Shown piece after piece: positions 28,004-38,194 of a stretch of DNA of 64,000 bases. The notes under the pieces were generated by a model. That model made no database searches. It was not told the DNA's origin and saw only the letters and a program-made list of their open reading frames with translations. The first letter of the stretch is position 1. Each line of letters opens with the position of its first letter. Both the position numbers and the translations under genes were made by a program. The stretch is from Candidatus Latescibacterota bacterium (lineage in GTDB: Bacteria > Latescibacterota > UBA2968 > GCA-2709665): positions 2,603 to 66,602 of the forward strand of contig JAAXHW010000004.1 in assembly GCA_012270675.1 (NCBI GenBank), read 5' to 3'.

Positions 28004-29323
28004 CTATTTTTGTCTGAAGACGACGCGAACGGGTGTGCCCTGAAAGTCGAAGCGTTCCCGAAGCCGCCGCTCCAGAAAGCGCCGGTAGTGCTCGGGGACG
28101 TCCCGGGGCCTGGACGTAAAAAAGAGCACCGTGGGCGGTTCCGTACCGGGCTGAACGCAGTAGTAGATCCGCGAGGTGCGCCCCTTTCGAGACGGGGGCG
28201 GCGATTCGGCGTTTAATTCCTCCAGGAAACGGTTGAGTTCCCCCGTGCCGATCCTGTACCGGCGGCGGTCGTAGACCTCAAGCGCCATATCCACCGCCCG
28301 CCAGGTCCGCTGCCCTGTCAGGGCGGAGATAAAGACCATTGGATAATCGTGCAGGGAGGGAAACCGCCGGATGAGGTCCCGGGTGCAGATTGCCGCGGTT
28401 TTGTCGTCTTTTTCAATCAGATCCCATTTGTTCACAACCAGAACGGCCCCCTTTCCCAACGCCACCGCCTGACCCAGAATCCTGACATCCTGAAGCGTAC
28501 AGCCCTCTTCCGCATCGATCAGCACAATGGCCACATCACACCGTCCCAGGCTCGCAGACGTGCGCACCGTGCTGTAATACTCCACCTGTTCCCGAACCCG
28601 GGCACGCCGCCGCAGACCGGCCGTATCAATCAGCAGATAATCCCGTCTGTTTCGCCGCATGGGCAAATCGATCGCGTCCCGGGTCGTACCCGGAATCGGG
28701 CTGACCACCACCCGGTCTTTCCCCAGCAGCCGGTTGACAAAGGTCGATTTGCCCACATTGGGCCGGCCCACCACCGCGATCCGGGGGATGCCCGCCTCTG
28801 CCTCTACCTCCTCTTCGCCTTCGGGCAACCGGGCGACCACCTCGTCTAAAAGATCGCCGGACAGACGCCCGTTGAGGGCCGATACACCGATGGGGTCGCT
28901 CAATCCCAGGCGGTAAAACGGGGCTACATCCGGCTCATCCCGCTCGGAGTCGACCTTGTTCACAACCAGCAGGTAGGGCGTCCCACAGGTGCGGATCAGC
29001 CGGGCCATCTCCCCGTCGTAGTCGGCAGGACCCGTTTTTGCATCCACCACCACCAGGATCAAATCGGCCTCGGAGAGTGCGATCTCCACCTGGCGTGTGA
29101 CGTCTTCGGCGAGCGGTTCATCCGGATGCGGGATGTATCCCCCCGTATCGATCAGGGTAAAGACGCGCCGGTTCCAGGCCACCTCGGCGTAGTTGCGGTC
29201 CCGGGTGACCCCCGGCAGGTCGTCCACAACGGCCCGGCGTTCGCCCAAAAAGCGGTTAAACAGGGTCGATTTACCCACATTGGGCCGCCCCACAATGGCA
29301 ACTACCGCTTTGCGCTGCCCCAA
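28004..29323 (-). CDS. der: ribosome biogenesis GTPase Der (EngA)
   Basis: Two tandem G domains ('GRPNVGKSTLFN' and 'GRPNVGKSTFVN') and a KH-like C-terminus. Confidence 0.95.
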   Translation of the reverse strand: MGQRKAVVAIVGRPNVGKSTLFNRFLGERRAVVDDLPGVTRDRNYAEVAWNRRVFTLIDTGGYIPHPDEPLAEDVTRQVEIALSEADLILVVVDAKTGPADYDGEMARLIRTCGTPYLLVVNKVDSERDEPDVAPFYRLGLSDPIGVSALNGRLSGDLLDEVVARLPEGEEEVEAEAGIPRIAVVGRPNVGKSTFVNRLLGKDRVVVSPIPGTTRDAIDLPMRRNRRDYLLIDTAGLRRRARVREQVEYYSTVRTSASLGRCDVAIVLIDAEEGCTLQDVRILGQAVALGKGAVLVVNKWDLIEKDDKTAAICTRDLIRRFPSLHDYPMVFISALTGQRTWRAVDMALEVYDRRRYRIGTGELNRFLEELNAESPPPSRKGRTSRIYYCVQPGTEPPTVLFFTSRPRDVPEHYRRFLERRLRERFDFQGTPVRVVFRQK

Positions 29324-29342
29324 AAGCGTTCACCCCCCTTCA

Positions 29343-30764
29343 TCACACCACCTGACGCGACGAAATATAGGGATGTGCGGCCTCTCCGGTCTCTCTGCCC
29401 ACCTCCCGCCCGCCCCGTCCCTTCACCACATCCTTGAGGGTCTCCACCAGATCGTAGCTCCCCACAAGGACTTCGCACCCCAGGTTTTCCGACAGATCCG
29501 AAGGGGTCAGGTCATCCAGAAAAACCCCGGTATGGCTGATGCAGTTGGGAGGCAGAACGACCACGTCCGCAGGCACCCATCGCGCCTTTAAAGCATCGCG
29601 TATATCGCCTCCGGTCAGGAGGCCGGAAACGGTAATTCCACTTCCGAGAAACCGGTTGCGCACCTCAATCAGGTGGACGTTCAGCCAGGACAGACGGTTG
29701 AGGCGGTCCACCATACGCCGCATAAACCCTGCGCCCAACACGCTGGTGACCAGGGTTGCCCTGAGCGGGTCCGGGCACACCGATTCAAGGTCGGCAACCC
29801 CCTCCTCAAAGGCATCGATAAACCGCCGCACCATTCCCACGCCGTTCTCCAACAGCGGAAATCCATCGTAGTGCGCCCGATCCGGCAGCTCGCGGCCTGC
29901 CAGAATGTAAAACTCATCCCCGAGGTAGACAAAGTTGATCCCCAGTCTTCTTTTGAGCCGCTCCTGCCACCCGGTGACCCGATCGGCGCAATCCACCGCG
30001 ACTTCAGGGGTGACCGGATGCAGTTCGGGCAGGTTCTTGCGATACCGGGTCAGCCCCAGCGGGACGATCCCTACCGATGCCACATCGGGATAACAGGCCG
30101 CCAGGTCAAACACCGTGCGCTTCAGATGAGGGCCGTCGTTGATCCCCGGACAGAGCACCACCTGCGTGTGCATCTGGATATCGTGCCGTGCCAGAAATTG
30201 GATCCGCTCCATCACATCGACCGGCTCCGAGCGGCCCAGCAACTGCCCCCGCAGGTCCGGGTGCGTGGCGTGGACCGAGATGTACATCGGGCTGAGCCGC
30301 TGATCCACGACGCGCCGGAATTCCTCTTCGGAGAGGTTGGTCAGGGTCACGTAGGCCCCGTGCAGAAATGAGAGCCGGTAGTCATCGTCCTGGTAATACA
30401 GGGTCTTCCGCATCCCCCTGGGCATCTGGTGCAAAAAACAGAACACGCACTTGTTGTTGCACTTGAGGATCGGCATGTCGTCCAGCACAATGCCCAGATC
30501 CTCGTCAGCGTCCTTTTCAATGTCGAAGATGGCGGGCGCTTCTCCCCTGCGCAGGTGGACCTCAACCGCCTCGTCACCGATGTGAAACCGGTAGTCGATG
30601 GGATCGCGGATGGGCTCCCCGTTGATCGCCTCGATCACATCCCCAACCTGTATGCCCACCGCCTCTCCGATGCCACCGGGGACGACCTCCTTGATCCTTA
30701 CCCTCCCCTCCACTTTTTCGACCATACGGAGACCTTCTACCGCAATCCGTTTCGGACCTTTCAT
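29343..30764 (-). CDS. PDZ + radical SAM-like + DUF512 protein
   Basis: PDZ 'GIQVGDVIEAINGEPI', a CxxxCxxC cluster 'CNNKCVFC', and a DUF512-like C-terminus. It lies directly upstream of der, as in many bacteria. Confidence 0.8.
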   Translation of the reverse strand: MKGPKRIAVEGLRMVEKVEGRVRIKEVVPGGIGEAVGIQVGDVIEAINGEPIRDPIDYRFHIGDEAVEVHLRRGEAPAIFDIEKDADEDLGIVLDDMPILKCNNKCVFCFLHQMPRGMRKTLYYQDDDYRLSFLHGAYVTLTNLSEEEFRRVVDQRLSPMYISVHATHPDLRGQLLGRSEPVDVMERIQFLARHDIQMHTQVVLCPGINDGPHLKRTVFDLAACYPDVASVGIVPLGLTRYRKNLPELHPVTPEVAVDCADRVTGWQERLKRRLGINFVYLGDEFYILAGRELPDRAHYDGFPLLENGVGMVRRFIDAFEEGVADLESVCPDPLRATLVTSVLGAGFMRRMVDRLNRLSWLNVHLIEVRNRFLGSGITVSGLLTGGDIRDALKARWVPADVVVLPPNCISHTGVFLDDLTPSDLSENLGCEVLVGSYDLVETLKDVVKGRGGREVGRETGEAAHPYISSRQVV

Positions 30765-30904
30765 AGAACGCCTATATTTGATTGTTACACAAGGTATTGG
30801 ACAAATAGTTTATACAATTACTTTGAAAGATAACCCAAACAAAAAGCGCGGTCAAGGAAAATTTCTATATGATGCTTTGTGGGTTGTTTATGGGAGTGTT
30901 TTAT

Positions 30905-30929
30905 ATGAATAATTGTTCAAATAATAATT
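30905..30929 (+). repeat. 25-nt AT-rich motif, copy B (ATGAATAATTGTTCAAATAATAATT)
   Basis: 23/25 identical to copies A and C. It lies in the AT-rich gap between the tRNA-Gly terminator and the DUF512 gene. Confidence 0.85.
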
Positions 30930-30941
30930 TATAGTACGAAT

Positions 30942-30977
30942 AAAAAAAACGGGCAGTCTCAAAAACGAGAATTGCCC
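30942..30977 (-). terminator. terminator-like hairpin downstream of tRNA-Gly
   Basis: On the minus strand, GGGCA-AT-TCTC-GTTTTT-GAGA-C-TGCCC followed by GTTTTTTTT. Confidence 0.5.
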
Positions 30978-31004
30978 ATCACCTTTTATTTTTAAAAATT
31001 TAAA

Positions 31005-31079
31005 TGGAGCGGGAGACGGGGATCGAACCCGCGACATCAAGCTTGGGAAGCTTGCGTTCTACCACTGAACTACTCCCGC
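31005..31079 (-). tRNA. tRNA-Gly(CCC)
   Basis: The reverse complement folds by hand into a cloverleaf: GCGGGAG acceptor, anticodon stem CAAGC/GCTTG with loop TTCCCAA, T-loop GGTTCGATCC, and an encoded CCA. Confidence 0.9.
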
Positions 31080-31101
31080 TTCCATCCAGAAACACTCAAA
31101 T

Positions 31102-32055
31102 CTACAAACGCTCACCGCGCCTGTCAAGTCTTTTGAGGATAGCCGCCGCTGCGTCCTCTGCGGTGGGGTCAATCCAGGTCAGCCGGGACTCCCGGCGAAA
31201 CCAGGTCAGCTGCCGCCTGGCATAGTGCCGGGTGCCCACCTTAATTCGATTGACAGCCGTCTCCAGGTCCAGGTCCCCATCCAGAACAGCGAAGATTTCC
31301 CGGTATCCAAACGTATTCAGCGCATTGAGCCCGGGGCCGTAGCCCCGTTTGCGAAGGGATTTGACCTCATTGACCAATCCCGCTTCAAGCATCCGGTCCA
31401 CACGGGCTTCGATCCGACCATAGAGGCGCGCCCGGTCCATGTCCAGCCCGAACCAGCGGGCCTCCCACCGGCCTTCCCGGGGGCGCTTCTGGAGGTCTGA
31501 CAGCCGCTCCCCTGTGCCCTCAAATACCTCCAGGGCGCGGACAACACGCTGGGAATCGTGTGGATGCAACCTCTGCGCGATCTCCGGGTCGACTTTCGAA
31601 AGACGGCAGTAGAGCCCCGGCAAATCATCCCGGGCCTCCTTCCACAGACGACTCCGGACCTCTGAAGGGATCTCCGGTACCGGAGAGAACCCATCCAGCA
31701 GCGCCTCCAGGTAAAACCCGGATCCACCGACCAGGATGGGCAACCGCCCTCGCCGCTGCACATCCCGGATCGCCTCGGCGGCCTCCCGGGCGTAGCGCCC
31801 TGCGCTATAAGGCTCATCGGGACCGACCACGTCAATCATGTGGTGGCGTGCGTCCGCCTGTTCCTCCGGTGTAGCTTTCGCCGTTCCGATGTCCATGTAG
31901 CGGTAGACCTGCCGGGCGTCGGCCGAAACAATCTCTCCATCCAGGGCCTGTGTGAGGGCCACCCCGATGCCGGTCTTGCCCGAGGCCGTGGGCCCGGCCA
32001 GGACCAGGAGCGCCGGCACATCTGTTCTACCGTCTGAAATGCTGGTCGATTTCAT
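31102..32055 (-). CDS. miaA: tRNA dimethylallyltransferase
   Basis: 'LAGPTASGKTGIGVAL' and 'IVSADARQVYRYMDIGTAK'. The ATG at 32055 would overlap the mutL 3' end by 29 nt, so the start is uncertain. Confidence 0.88.
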   Translation of the reverse strand: MKSTSISDGRTDVPALLVLAGPTASGKTGIGVALTQALDGEIVSADARQVYRYMDIGTAKATPEEQADARHHMIDVVGPDEPYSAGRYAREAAEAIRDVQRRGRLPILVGGSGFYLEALLDGFSPVPEIPSEVRSRLWKEARDDLPGLYCRLSKVDPEIAQRLHPHDSQRVVRALEVFEGTGERLSDLQKRPREGRWEARWFGLDMDRARLYGRIEARVDRMLEAGLVNEVKSLRKRGYGPGLNALNTFGYREIFAVLDGDLDLETAVNRIKVGTRHYARRQLTWFRRESRLTWIDPTAEDAAAAILKRLDRRGERL

Positions 32056-33877
32056 CCAACGACATCTTGACCACAATAGGCCGGCCCTGAGGGCCGACAA
32101 AGGGCTCCCGGGTTGCAAACAGCCGATCGATGAGGCCCTGCATCTCTTTTGTGGAGAGGGCGTCCCCGGACCGGATGGACGTATGGGCGGCATACGATGC
32201 GGCCAGCCGGTGCTCCAGGGAGGAGATCTGCCGGTCCTGTCCGGGCGAAGCGGAAAACCGGCCCTCCAGATCCCGGACAATTTCCCGGAGGAGCTTCCCC
32301 TCTTCCCAGACCTTCAGGTCCACCGGAATCGCATCGACCACCACGGTATTTCCCCCGAAATCCCGGACTCCGAAACCCATCTTTTCCAGCAAGGGCATGG
32401 CCTCCCGAACGGCCTGGATCTCCGCAAGTCCAAAATCCAGCGTAAGGGGAAACAAGAGGCGTTGTCCGGCACCGGGCGTACCGTGGAAATGTTCCAGCAC
32501 CTGTTCGTACAGAATGCGCTCGTGCGCGACGTGCTGGTCAATGATGATAAACCCGTTCTTGATGTGGGCCAGGATGTATCTTTGATGCAGCTGCCAGACC
32601 GAAACCTGGGCCGGGTGCTCTTCGATCAGGCCCTCTTCGGGCAACGCTTTGTCCGGTTGCACGCCCTCCACGGCCGGTTTGCGCACCGTCAGCGGCAGCG
32701 CCATCTGGGGGCTCCTGTCGAGTCCCGGATCTGTGAGATAGGCCTGACGGCGTTCTTCAGCCGGGCGCTCTGCGACCAGTTCCGGCGCACGTCCGGGCAT
32801 CATCTCCGGCGGATGTACAGACGGAGACGCCTTTCCCGAAAATGTGGAAACCGGCTCAAAGTCGCCCGGCCCCATATCGGGGATCAGATCGACCTCGCGG
32901 ATCGCCGTGCGAACAGCCTCGGCCAGGGTCCGGTAAACCGTGCGTTCATCGGCAAACCGGACCTCCCGTTTGGACGGATGCACGTTCACATCCAGGCGGG
33001 CCGGATCGACCTCCAGAAAAATGGAAAAGGTCGGATAGAGGCCTCTGGTCAGCAGTCCGCCGTAGCCATCGTAAACCGCATAGGTCATGGCCTTATGCTG
33101 TACCCACCGACCGTTCACGACCAGGGCCTGCTGCGCGCCCGACCTGGAGGCGGTCTCGGGGCGACCCACAAAGCCCCAGACCTGGATGCCCTCTGCGCCG
33201 CCCTCTACAAAGATCGCATCCCCTCCCAGGTAGACCCCGAATACCGATTCGATCCGGCGCTTTCGGTCGGCGCGGTCCAGGTTGAGCATTTCGCGGCCGT
33301 TGTGCGAAAAAACAAACGCGATCTCGGGATAGGCCAGGGCCAGGCCAGTCACGGTGTTGACCGTATGCCGCAGTTCGGTGTCGGTCCCCTTTAAAAACTT
33401 GCGTCTGGCCGGTACGTTAAAAAAAAGCCCGTGAACGGTCACGGTCGTCCCCCGTCCCCGTCCAGCGGACGTCACATCCCGGACCCGTCCGCCCTCCACC
33501 ACAATCCGGGTTGCCTCTTCGTGCTCTTCCAGTCGGGTTTCCAGAACCATTCGGGACACGGCCGCAATACTGGGCAGGGCCTCTCCGCGAAACCCGAGGG
33601 TGCGCAGGGTGCGCAGGTCAGACAGGTCGCAAATCTTGCTGGTCGCATGGCGTTCCAGGGCCAGGAGGGCATCGTCCCGGCACATGCCACAGCCGTTGTC
33701 GCTGACCCGCATGGTCTCTTTCCCCCCTGCGGCGACCTCGACCACAATCCGGTCCGCACCCGCATCAATGGCGTTTTCGACCAGTTCCTTCACCACCGAC
33801 GCCGGTCGCTCCACCACCTCTCCGGCGGCAATCCGATTGGCGATGTCATCGGGAAGAACACGAATACGGTTGGGCAT
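32027..33877 (-). CDS. mutL: DNA mismatch repair protein MutL
   Basis: 'IRVLPDDIANRIAAGEVVERPASVVKELVENAIDAG' GHKL ATPase N-terminus and a C-terminal dimerisation domain. Confidence 0.95.
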   Translation of the reverse strand: MPNRIRVLPDDIANRIAAGEVVERPASVVKELVENAIDAGADRIVVEVAAGGKETMRVSDNGCGMCRDDALLALERHATSKICDLSDLRTLRTLGFRGEALPSIAAVSRMVLETRLEEHEEATRIVVEGGRVRDVTSAGRGRGTTVTVHGLFFNVPARRKFLKGTDTELRHTVNTVTGLALAYPEIAFVFSHNGREMLNLDRADRKRRIESVFGVYLGGDAIFVEGGAEGIQVWGFVGRPETASRSGAQQALVVNGRWVQHKAMTYAVYDGYGGLLTRGLYPTFSIFLEVDPARLDVNVHPSKREVRFADERTVYRTLAEAVRTAIREVDLIPDMGPGDFEPVSTFSGKASPSVHPPEMMPGRAPELVAERPAEERRQAYLTDPGLDRSPQMALPLTVRKPAVEGVQPDKALPEEGLIEEHPAQVSVWQLHQRYILAHIKNGFIIIDQHVAHERILYEQVLEHFHGTPGAGQRLLFPLTLDFGLAEIQAVREAMPLLEKMGFGVRDFGGNTVVVDAIPVDLKVWEEGKLLREIVRDLEGRFSASPGQDRQISSLEHRLAASYAAHTSIRSGDALSTKEMQGLIDRLFATREPFVGPQGRPIVVKMSLDEIDQHFRR

Positions 33878-33978
33878 AAGAGAAGCCCTTACAGGCTAAA
33901 GGAAAGACAATCGGCTTCCGTCACAAATCGCAGTCCACAATCAGCACCTGAGTTGATCCGGACATAGGCCCTGGTCTC

Positions 33979-35337
33979 CTATCCACCTGCGAGCCGGTCC
34001 AGGGCGCAGTCCAGGGCCTGCACCGTCCTGTCCAGATCTTCCCGGGTATGTGTCGAAGCAGCCAGCCCCGCCAACCCGCACATGTCAACCCCCTCCAACA
34101 GCATGGCCGAATGGAAGGCGTCTCTCATGGCCGCATCCGGCCCTTTCAGATCCCGGTAATCGTACCGTCCCTCCCGGATGGCCGACAGAGCCTCTTCGGG
34201 GTCTCCACAATCGGGAAGGATCTTAATGCCCGAAAAGTCTCCGTAGACCACCCAGTTGACGCGGTGGGCGGCGATCACCTCGTTCAGGTGCCTGCGCAAA
34301 TGGTCTGCATTCCGGTTGGCCTTCTCAATCTCTTCACCGGAGGCGATGGTCTTCAGCGCCGCAATACCGGCTGCAGCGGAAAGAGGATTGGCGTTAAATG
34401 TCCCCTGATGCGGCATTTTGCGGCAGGTGTCCCATTCCCGGTCTCCGCGAAAAGCCAGGAGTTCAAGAATATCCGCCCGCCCCGCCAGGCACCCTCCGGG
34501 CAGCCCACCCGCCAGGATTTTGGCCAGAGAGGTCAGATCGGGCATCACGTTGAAATAGGCCTGGGCCCCTCCGGGTGAGCAGCGGAACCCGGTGACAACC
34601 TCGTCAAAAACCAGGAGCACATCGTGCCGCCTTGTGACCTCGCGCAGGTCCTGCAAAAAGCCCTGTCGGGTGGGAATGGCGCCAAACGTCGCGCCCGTGG
34701 GTTCCAGGATCACACAGGCGATATCGTCGTCCTCTTTGAGAATATCTTCAATCCGATGAATATCGTTGGGCGGACACAGGCGCACCGTGTCGGCCACCTC
34801 GCGCAAAATGCCGGGAGGTACCGGCTCATCAAACGGGGGAATCACGCCGACGATCAGATTGTCGTGCCACCCGTGAAAATGCCCGATGAACTTGATCACC
34901 TTCCGCTTGCCGGTAAAGGTGCGTGCCAGCCGCAACGCCATCATGGTGGCCTCTGTGCCCGAACTGGTAAACCGCACCCGTTCGGCCGATGGGATCAGGC
35001 GCTGCACCCATTCCCCCCATTCGACCTCCAGTTCGTGGCAGGCCCCGTAGTGCGTGCCCAGAGCAACCTGTTCGGTCACGGCCTGCACCAGCGTCGGGTG
35101 GGCGTGCCCCAGCAGCAGGGCCCCGTGCCCCATCCAGAAATCCACGTATTCCCGGTCGTCCACATCCCACTTGCGCCCCCCTGCCGCCCGGCTTGCGTAG
35201 ATCGGAAACGGACCGTAACTGCGCAGGTCGTGCGTCACCCCGTTTGGAAAGATGCGCCGGGCGCGTTCGTAGAGCACATACGACCCCTGAAGCGCCTCAT
35301 AATAAGCCGGTTCAATCCCTGCAACCATTTCCGCCAC
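33979..35337 (-). CDS. class III PLP aminotransferase (glutamate-1-semialdehyde aminomutase-like)
   Basis: 'YVDFWMGHGALLLGHAHP', 'RFTSSGTEATMMALRLAR' and 'LVFDEVVTGFR'. Confidence 0.8.
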   Translation of the reverse strand: MAEMVAGIEPAYYEALQGSYVLYERARRIFPNGVTHDLRSYGPFPIYASRAAGGRKWDVDDREYVDFWMGHGALLLGHAHPTLVQAVTEQVALGTHYGACHELEVEWGEWVQRLIPSAERVRFTSSGTEATMMALRLARTFTGKRKVIKFIGHFHGWHDNLIVGVIPPFDEPVPPGILREVADTVRLCPPNDIHRIEDILKEDDDIACVILEPTGATFGAIPTRQGFLQDLREVTRRHDVLLVFDEVVTGFRCSPGGAQAYFNVMPDLTSLAKILAGGLPGGCLAGRADILELLAFRGDREWDTCRKMPHQGTFNANPLSAAAGIAALKTIASGEEIEKANRNADHLRRHLNEVIAAHRVNWVVYGDFSGIKILPDCGDPEEALSAIREGRYDYRDLKGPDAAMRDAFHSAMLLEGVDMCGLAGLAASTHTREDLDRTVQALDCALDRLAGG

Positions 35338-35451
35338 AAGAAATTCCTTCGATTATGTCAACACAATTTAAGAAGCTGTTTTAAGGGAAACCAACAACAC
35401 GTCCAATAAAATAAGCAATGGCCCTTTAGAATGCAACTGCCAAAATCCTCC

Positions 35452-36168
35452 CTACCGCTGCGCCAACAGCGCCTCTGCCTGCCCGAAGAGCCTCTCCACC
35501 ATCTCTTCGGTCAGCACCCCGGTGTTCATATTGTACCGGCTGAAGTGGTAACTTGCCAGAAGCGCTCTTGCGTCCCCCTCAAACCGGTAGACCTCCCCAT
35601 GCGCGAACCGGCAGGCCCTCAGCGCCGGGATCTTCCCCTCTGCTTTTAACAGACGCAGATACGCGTCAAACGCATCCTTCCCCATCGCCAGGACCACCCG
35701 CACCCGCTTCAACCGGACCACCTCCTGCGCCAACCAGTCCAGACAGGCCCGCTTCTCCGCTCCGGAGGGCCGGTTGCCCGGTGGGGCGCACTTCACCGCG
35801 TTGGTAATATAGACGTTCCGGAGCAAAAGGCCGTCGTCTCTGTGGGAGACCGACGCAACATTGCCGAACCCGTGCCGGTGCAGCGCCCGGTAGAGCACCT
35901 CCCCGGCCGCATCTCCGGTAAATGGACGCCCGGTCCGGTTGGCGCCGTGCGCACCGGGGGCCAGCCCGATAATCAGCAGTTCCGCATCCGGGTCGCCAAA
36001 GCCCGGAACGGGCTTTGCCCAGTAGACGGTCCGGGCGCCCCTGCCCTTCTCTACCTGTTTGAAGGAGGCGCAATAAGCAACCAGCCGGGGGCAGCGGCGG
36101 CAGGCTGCGACCTCCGCGAACAACACGGAATCCCCCCTACCCCCCTTTTTTCGGGAACACTTGCCCAA
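35452..36168 (-). CDS. uracil-DNA glycosylase, family 4/5 (UdgB-like)
   Basis: 'CRRCPRLV' and 'LLIIGLAPGAHGANRTGRPFTGDAAG', where GLAPG is nearer the family-5 GLAPA motif than the family-4 GEAPG motif. Confidence 0.8.
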   Translation of the reverse strand: MGKCSRKKGGRGDSVLFAEVAACRRCPRLVAYCASFKQVEKGRGARTVYWAKPVPGFGDPDAELLIIGLAPGAHGANRTGRPFTGDAAGEVLYRALHRHGFGNVASVSHRDDGLLLRNVYITNAVKCAPPGNRPSGAEKRACLDWLAQEVVRLKRVRVVLAMGKDAFDAYLRLLKAEGKIPALRACRFAHGEVYRFEGDARALLASYHFSRYNMNTGVLTEEMVERLFGQAEALLAQR

Positions 36169-36181
36169 TCTCTTCTTTCAG

Positions 36182-36218
36182 AAAAAAAGAGGCGACCCCC
36201 GGAATATGGGATCGCCTC
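36182..36218 (-). terminator. terminator downstream of the glutaredoxin-like gene
   Basis: On the minus strand, GAGGCGA...TCGCCTC arms (with inner CCC/GGG pairs) followed by TTTTTTT. Confidence 0.5.
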
Positions 36219-36239
36219 CTGCACATCCGTACATCCAGC

Positions 36240-36602
36240 TTATTCGATTCTCGGATTGAAAAAAACAGCCTGCTGAGCCTGGCGCGCCATCGCCTCGTGT
36301 TCTTCATCCGTACACGCACTGTTTGTGGGAACGTCCGTCTCCCGACCTCCAGGCTCATAGCCATTCTCGATCAGGTAGGCCTCCAGTTCGTCCCCGCTGA
36401 TGTCGGCCAGCATATGGCCGTCGATCTCCACGCAGGGCTGCAGGGGCTGCCCGCTCTTACGGACCATTTCTGCGTAGTTTTCGGGATAGTTGATAATGTC
36501 TTTGTCCTGGTATTCCAGCCCGTATTTTCCCAGAACCGCGCGCACGCCGCGGCTCCATCCACAACTCGGTTTTAAATAAGCAACAACCTTGGGGTCTGCC
36601 AT
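36240..36602 (-). CDS. thioredoxin-fold (glutaredoxin-like) protein, monothiol 'SCGWS' site
   Basis: 'KVVAYLKPSCGWSRGVRAVL...QPCVEIDGHMLADISGDELEAYL' fits a glutaredoxin-like layout. There is an extra acidic C-terminal ~35 aa. Confidence 0.55.
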   Translation of the reverse strand: MADPKVVAYLKPSCGWSRGVRAVLGKYGLEYQDKDIINYPENYAEMVRKSGQPLQPCVEIDGHMLADISGDELEAYLIENGYEPGGRETDVPTNSACTDEEHEAMARQAQQAVFFNPRIE

Positions 36603-36694
36603 AGAATTCTGTCCTCCTTTTCAGAAAGGGGTAAATAAACGATTGTCGGAACTAAAGATAATCAAAATTTCAGATCTCGCAACCCTTTTAAACG

Positions 36695-37000
36695 TCATTC
36701 AGAAGCATTGACAGCCTCTGCAAAATCCAGGTCCGCCCGGGTTACGGCATTCTCGCTATGCGTGGTTACGGTTACGGTGAGGGTCTTGTTCCGGCTGTCC
36801 AGGTGAATATCCGAGTGGTGGTTGTTGCTGTCCATAACCCGGGTCAGCTTTCGCACAAAGGCCATGGTCGGGACAAACTTCTCAAACTTCCAGACCCGGC
36901 GGAGTTCCTTCTTCCCCGCATCGTACTCCCACCCGTCCAGACCGGCAAGCGCATCCCGGATCTCCGCTTCGCTGACGAGGGTCTTATCCTCTACGGACAT
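36695..37000 (-). CDS. phhB: pterin-4-alpha-carbinolamine dehydratase
   Basis: 'LAGLDGWEY', 'RVWKFEKF' and 'NHHSDIHL' PCD motifs. 101 aa. Confidence 0.85.
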   Translation of the reverse strand: MSVEDKTLVSEAEIRDALAGLDGWEYDAGKKELRRVWKFEKFVPTMAFVRKLTRVMDSNNHHSDIHLDSRNKTLTVTVTTHSENAVTRADLDFAEAVNASE

Positions 37001-37075
37001 ACGCTTCTCCCTTCAAAGAATTGTCTCAAGTGTCTCTTGTGATATTTCCAAATATAGCAAAGAGGGGGAAATTTA

Positions 37076-37681
37076 TCAACCCTCCAGTTCCCCATTGACC
37101 TCCTGCAGGACAGCTTCATAGTCCTCCGGGCTGTTCACGTTTCGCAGCGACCGGAGGTCCGGGTCCACACACCGCAGATCTTCTACCGGGACACGCCGGG
37201 CCCGACACTGATCGGGCAAGAGACTCAGGCGCAGGCACCCCTGGCCGAGCAGACCCTGCACCCTGGATAAGACCGAAACCCGGTAGACCGCCGATAAGGA
37301 ATGCGCCAGACCGCCTTCCTGGGGAACCACGGCCTCCCATTCCCCAAGCAAACCGATCAGATGACGCACAAAAGCAGGCCGTAAAAGGGGCACGTCGCAG
37401 GAGGAGACATAGGCGGCCTCGACCTGCCCGGACAGGGCCGAGAATCCCGTTGCCAGGCCCTGCAGGGGGCCTTTCCCCGCGCTTTCATCTCGCACCAGGG
37501 CCACCGCCGGAGGAAGGGGGGGCACCTCCTGTGCGGGGGCGGCCACCACCACCAGAGGGTGCACAACCTCCCCCAGCACCCGGACGACCCGCTGCAGCAT
37601 CCACTCCCCACCAAACGGAAGCCAGGCCTTGGGGGTGCCCATCCGCCGGCTTTCGCCGCCGCAGAGCACGATTCCACCCAT
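37076..37681 (-). CDS. mobA: molybdenum cofactor guanylyltransferase
   Basis: 'GGIVLCGGESRRMGTPKAWLPFGG'. ATG at 37681. The track extension overlaps archease. Confidence 0.8.
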   Translation of the reverse strand: MGGIVLCGGESRRMGTPKAWLPFGGEWMLQRVVRVLGEVVHPLVVVAAPAQEVPPLPPAVALVRDESAGKGPLQGLATGFSALSGQVEAAYVSSCDVPLLRPAFVRHLIGLLGEWEAVVPQEGGLAHSLSAVYRVSVLSRVQGLLGQGCLRLSLLPDQCRARRVPVEDLRCVDPDLRSLRNVNSPEDYEAVLQEVNGELEG

Positions 37682-37734
37682 GGGAAGATTTCGGATCTCG
37701 GATCTCAAAGCTTTCGCGCCGTAAAATCTACTGT

Positions 37735-38166
37735 TCAGATATCTAAAATCACAAACGCCTCCCAGCCCCGTTCCGTCTTCCCCACCCAAAAGCGATGGAG
37801 CGTCACTGCTTTCACATCCACGATCAGTTCGTGGCGGTGCATATCCAGTTCCTCGCCCACCAGGTCCGCAGACGCCCGGAAGGTCTCCCCCTCCTGTTCA
37901 ATCCGGACCGTTTCCGCCCGGAGCAGCAGCCGTTCGGCGTCTTTATAAAAGATGAACTCCTGCAAAAAGTTGAACAACAGGAGGTCTAAGGCCTCTGCTT
38001 CGACCCGGACGGACCGGCGCGTCCGCGCCGCAACCGTCTCCAGGTCTTCCACCATCACGTTCATCGTGGCCTCTGCCGCCGCCACGAACATGGCCTCTAC
38101 CGTATCGCCCCAGGCCTCAAAGGCCACATCGGCAATCGCCACATCTTCAAGAAACCGATAAGGCAT
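37735..38166 (-). CDS. archease (RtcB activator)
   Basis: 143 aa. N-terminal 'YRFLEDVAIADVAFEAWG' and C-terminal 'VKAVTLHRFWV...WEAFVILDI', typical of PF01951. Confidence 0.85.
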   Translation of the reverse strand: MPYRFLEDVAIADVAFEAWGDTVEAMFVAAAEATMNVMVEDLETVAARTRRSVRVEAEALDLLLFNFLQEFIFYKDAERLLLRAETVRIEQEGETFRASADLVGEELDMHRHELIVDVKAVTLHRFWVGKTERGWEAFVILDI

Positions 38167-38194
38167 TCAATGTATTCCACTGTGCCACAAAAAT

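Noticed and set aside
30765-31079. AT-rich stretch next to tRNA-Gly (and similarly the tRNA-Pro pair at 59762..60629) as an integration site of a prophage or island.
   Set aside because: There is no integrase, no direct repeat of a tRNA 3' end, and the flanking genes are ordinary housekeeping genes in conserved order (DUF512-der, miaA-mutL).
36240-36602. Possible selenoprotein or recoding in the glutaredoxin-like gene, because the usual CxxC is 'SCGWS'.
   Set aside because: There is no in-frame TGA at the active site and no SECIS-like hairpin. A monothiol variant is the simpler explanation.
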